Of a DNA stretch of 24,000 nt, positions 22,307 through 24,000 are shown in pieces. Each line of letters starts with the position of its first letter. Position 1 is the first letter of the stretch. The position numbers and the translations under genes are program-made. The notes under the pieces are model-generated. The model saw only the letters and a list, made by a program, of their open reading frames with translations, ran no database searches and had not been told where the DNA came from. The stretch is from Caloramator quimbayensis (GTDB lineage Bacteria; Bacillota; Clostridia; Clostridiales; Caloramatoraceae): contig NZ_FUYH01000015.1 of NCBI RefSeq assembly GCF_900167605.1, positions 27,472-51,471 on the forward strand, in the 5' to 3' direction.

Positions 22307-23599
22307 ATGGTTAATACAACTGCGATATGTCTTTTACTTATAGTGTTTTTTGGATTATTAATAATTAGAGTTCCGATATCATTTTCCCTTGCAATATCAA
22401 CGTTTGTTACAGCGATTTACTTAAAAATACCTTCCATGGTAGTTGTACAGCAAATGGTAAAAGGTATAAATTCCTTCTCTTTAGTTGCTATACCGTTCTT
22501 TATAGTAGCTGGAGAAATAATGGGAGAAGGAGGAATATCTAAAAGGCTGATAGATTTTTCTAATGTGTTGGTTGGAAGAATGCGCGGAGGACTTGCAATG
22601 GTAAATGTATTGGCAAGCATGTTCTTTGGCGGTATATCAGGTTCTTCAGTTGCTGATACATCTTCAATTGGTTCTATAATGATTCCAATGATGGAAAAGC
22701 AGGGTTATGATAAGGATTATGCTGTTGATGTAACAATTACAGGTTCAACGCAAGGAATATTGATTCCACCGAGCCATAACATGATTATATACTCGCTTGC
22801 TGCTGGCGGAATCTCGGTTGGAAATATGTTTTTAGGAGGTGTAATTCCTGGTATTTTACTTGGGGTTATGCTGATGGTTTTAAGTTATATTATTGCAGTT
22901 AAGAGAAATTATCCACGCGGTGAAAAAGTTCCATTTAAGGAAGCAGTAAAAATAATAAAGGATGGTTTATTAGGATTATTTACTGCAGTAATTATAATAG
23001 TCGGAGTTAGTACAGGAGTGTTTACAGCAACTGAATCAGCAGCAATTGCAACAGTCTATGCATTCATAATTACTTTCTTTGTATATAAAGATATAAAAAT
23101 TTCAAGGATGATACCTATATTAAAGAATTCATTAAGAACATTGTCTATGGTTCTTGCGCTTATTGCAACTTCGAGTGCTTTTGCATGGATGATGGCTTAT
23201 TTAAAGATTCCATTTTTAGTAACAAATGCATTAATTTCAATTTCAAATAACAAATATGTTATTCTGCTAATAGTTAATATTGTGCTCCTTATTTTAGGTA
23301 TGATAATGGATATGGCCCCGTTGATTTTAATATGTACGCCTATTTTACTTCCGGTTGTTACAAAGGTTGGAATGGATCCTATTCAATTTGGAATAGTGCT
23401 TATGCTCAACTTAGGAATTGGACTTTTAACTCCTCCAGTAGGTTCAACTCTTTTTGTTGGATGTTCAATAGCTAAAATACCAATGGAGAAGGTAGCAAAA
23501 TCATTGATGCCATTTTATGCAATGATGTTTATTGTGTTAATGATTCTAACCTATGTACCACAGGTAACACTGTTTTTACCAAGATTGATAGGAAAATGA
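22307..23599 (+). CDS. TRAP transporter large permease (DctM family)
   Basis: I prefer ATG 22307 (GAGGTG at 22297-22302) over the track start at 22283. Polytopic protein of about 430 aa with DctM-type motifs (FFIVAGEIM, SGSSVADT, LTPPVGSTLFVG). Confidence 0.9.
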   Translation: MVNTTAICLLLIVFFGLLIIRVPISFSLAISTFVTAIYLKIPSMVVVQQMVKGINSFSLVAIPFFIVAGEIMGEGGISKRLIDFSNVLVGRMRGGLAMVNVLASMFFGGISGSSVADTSSIGSIMIPMMEKQGYDKDYAVDVTITGSTQGILIPPSHNMIIYSLAAGGISVGNMFLGGVIPGILLGVMLMVLSYIIAVKRNYPRGEKVPFKEAVKIIKDGLLGLFTAVIIIVGVSTGVFTATESAAIATVYAFIITFFVYKDIKISRMIPILKNSLRTLSMVLALIATSSAFAWMMAYLKIPFLVTNALISISNNKYVILLIVNIVLLILGMIMDMAPLILICTPILLPVVTKVGMDPIQFGIVLMLNLGIGLLTPPVGSTLFVGCSIAKIPMEKVAKSLMPFYAMMFIVLMILTYVPQVTLFLPRLIGK

Positions 23600-23609
23600 T
23601 ATTAAACAT

Positions 23610-23637
23610 AGAGTGCACTTAAAAAATGGTGCACTCT
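23610..23637 (+). other. Stem-loop after the TRAP operon (weak terminator candidate)
   Basis: AGAGTGCAC (23610-23618) / GTGCACTCT (23629-23637), a perfect 9-bp stem with a 10-nt loop. It is followed by AAAATTT, so no proper U-tract. Confidence 0.3.
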
Positions 23638-23670
23638 AAAATTTAGCAAAAAAATATAAGGTGGGATAAA

Positions 23671-24000
23671 AGTGAATATAAGCAATATTAAAACAAAAAA
23701 CAACAACGCTGAAAAAATACTACAATTTGGAGAGGGAAATTTTTTAAGAGCTTTTGTTGATTGGATGATAAATAGGTTAAATGAAACTGGAAGTTTTGAC
23801 GGCTCTGTTGTTGTAGTTCAGCCGCTTGAAAACGGAATGGTGGAAAAACTAAATGAGCAAAACGGGCTTTATACCGTTATTTTAAAGGGAATTGAAAATG
23901 GAAATGAAGTATATAATAGCGAAGTTGTTAGCAGCATTTCAAGGGGAGTAAATCCATATAAAAACTTCGATGAATATGAAAAGTTGAGCTTTAGTGAAAA
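23671..24000 (+). CDS. uxaB: Tagaturonate reductase / altronate oxidoreductase, 3'-truncated by the window edge
   Basis: Not in the ORF track because no stop is reached. GTG 23671 follows AAGGTGGG. The translation VNISNIKTKNNNAEKILQFGEGNFLRAFVDWMINRLNETGSFDGSVVVVQP matches the conserved UxaB N-terminus (IIQFGEGNFLRAFVDW in E. coli UxaB). The frame is open to position 24000. Confidence 0.85.

Noticed and set aside
19-22620. All sixteen - strand ORFs in the track: 19-201, 5497-5727, 7994-8353, 8188-8373, 9839-10219, 12010-12360, 13013-13291, 13688-13903, 14985-15179, 15771-16097, 16242-16466, 17879-18181, 18118-18450, 18694-18990, 19583-19816, 22417-22620.
   Set aside because: Each lies antisense inside, or overlapping, a well-supported + strand gene with clear family motifs. 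Their translations are low-complexity and rich in F, I, L, S and Y, as expected from the reverse complement of AT-rich coding DNA. No Shine-Dalgarno sequences were noted.
1-24000. A search for a defence or mobile system: restriction-modification, toxin-antitoxin, abortive infection, CRISPR-Cas, retron, phage or integrative element genes.
   Set aside because: No nuclease/ATPase/methylase, reverse transcriptase, integrase, transposase or phage structural motifs were seen in any supported ORF. The gene content is metabolic, transport and regulatory, and only non-autonomous repeats hint at mobility.

Overview
Low-GC (about 30% G+C), Clostridium-like Firmicutes chromosomal DNA. I support 19 protein-coding genes, all on the + strand; two are cut by the window edges. 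No rRNA, tRNA, CRISPR array, transposase, integrase or recognisable defence gene was found. In order: (1) the 3' part of a hypothetical HExxH protein and a TPR protein; (2) a ccdA plus TlpA/ResA-like thiol-disulfide oxidoreductase pair; (3) a 1395-aa secreted multidomain PHP-type metallophosphoesterase; (4) a Cof-type HAD phosphatase; (5) a seven-gene cluster: M20 PepV-like dipeptidase, MtlR/LicR-class PRD regulator, fructose-family PTS EIIA, EIIB and EIIC, M24 Xaa-Pro peptidase, MalY/PatB C-S lyase; (6) a YesM/YesN-like two-component system, a TRAP transporter (DctPQM type) and the start of uxaB (hexuronate catabolism). The two most unusual things are these. First, the PTS-peptidase-lyase cluster has no sugar-phosphate catabolic enzyme and sits behind a promoter-terminator leader. 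Second, a family of interspersed mosaic intergenic repeats (GGGACGGTTAAT-type motif plus a GC-rich GTGTGCCCGGCATGGGC module) occurs only in the first 8.6 kb. These repeats form a MITE-like unit, bracket the ccdA cassette, and precede an orphan intrinsic terminator. All functional calls come from reading motifs in the translations by eye; no database search was possible.
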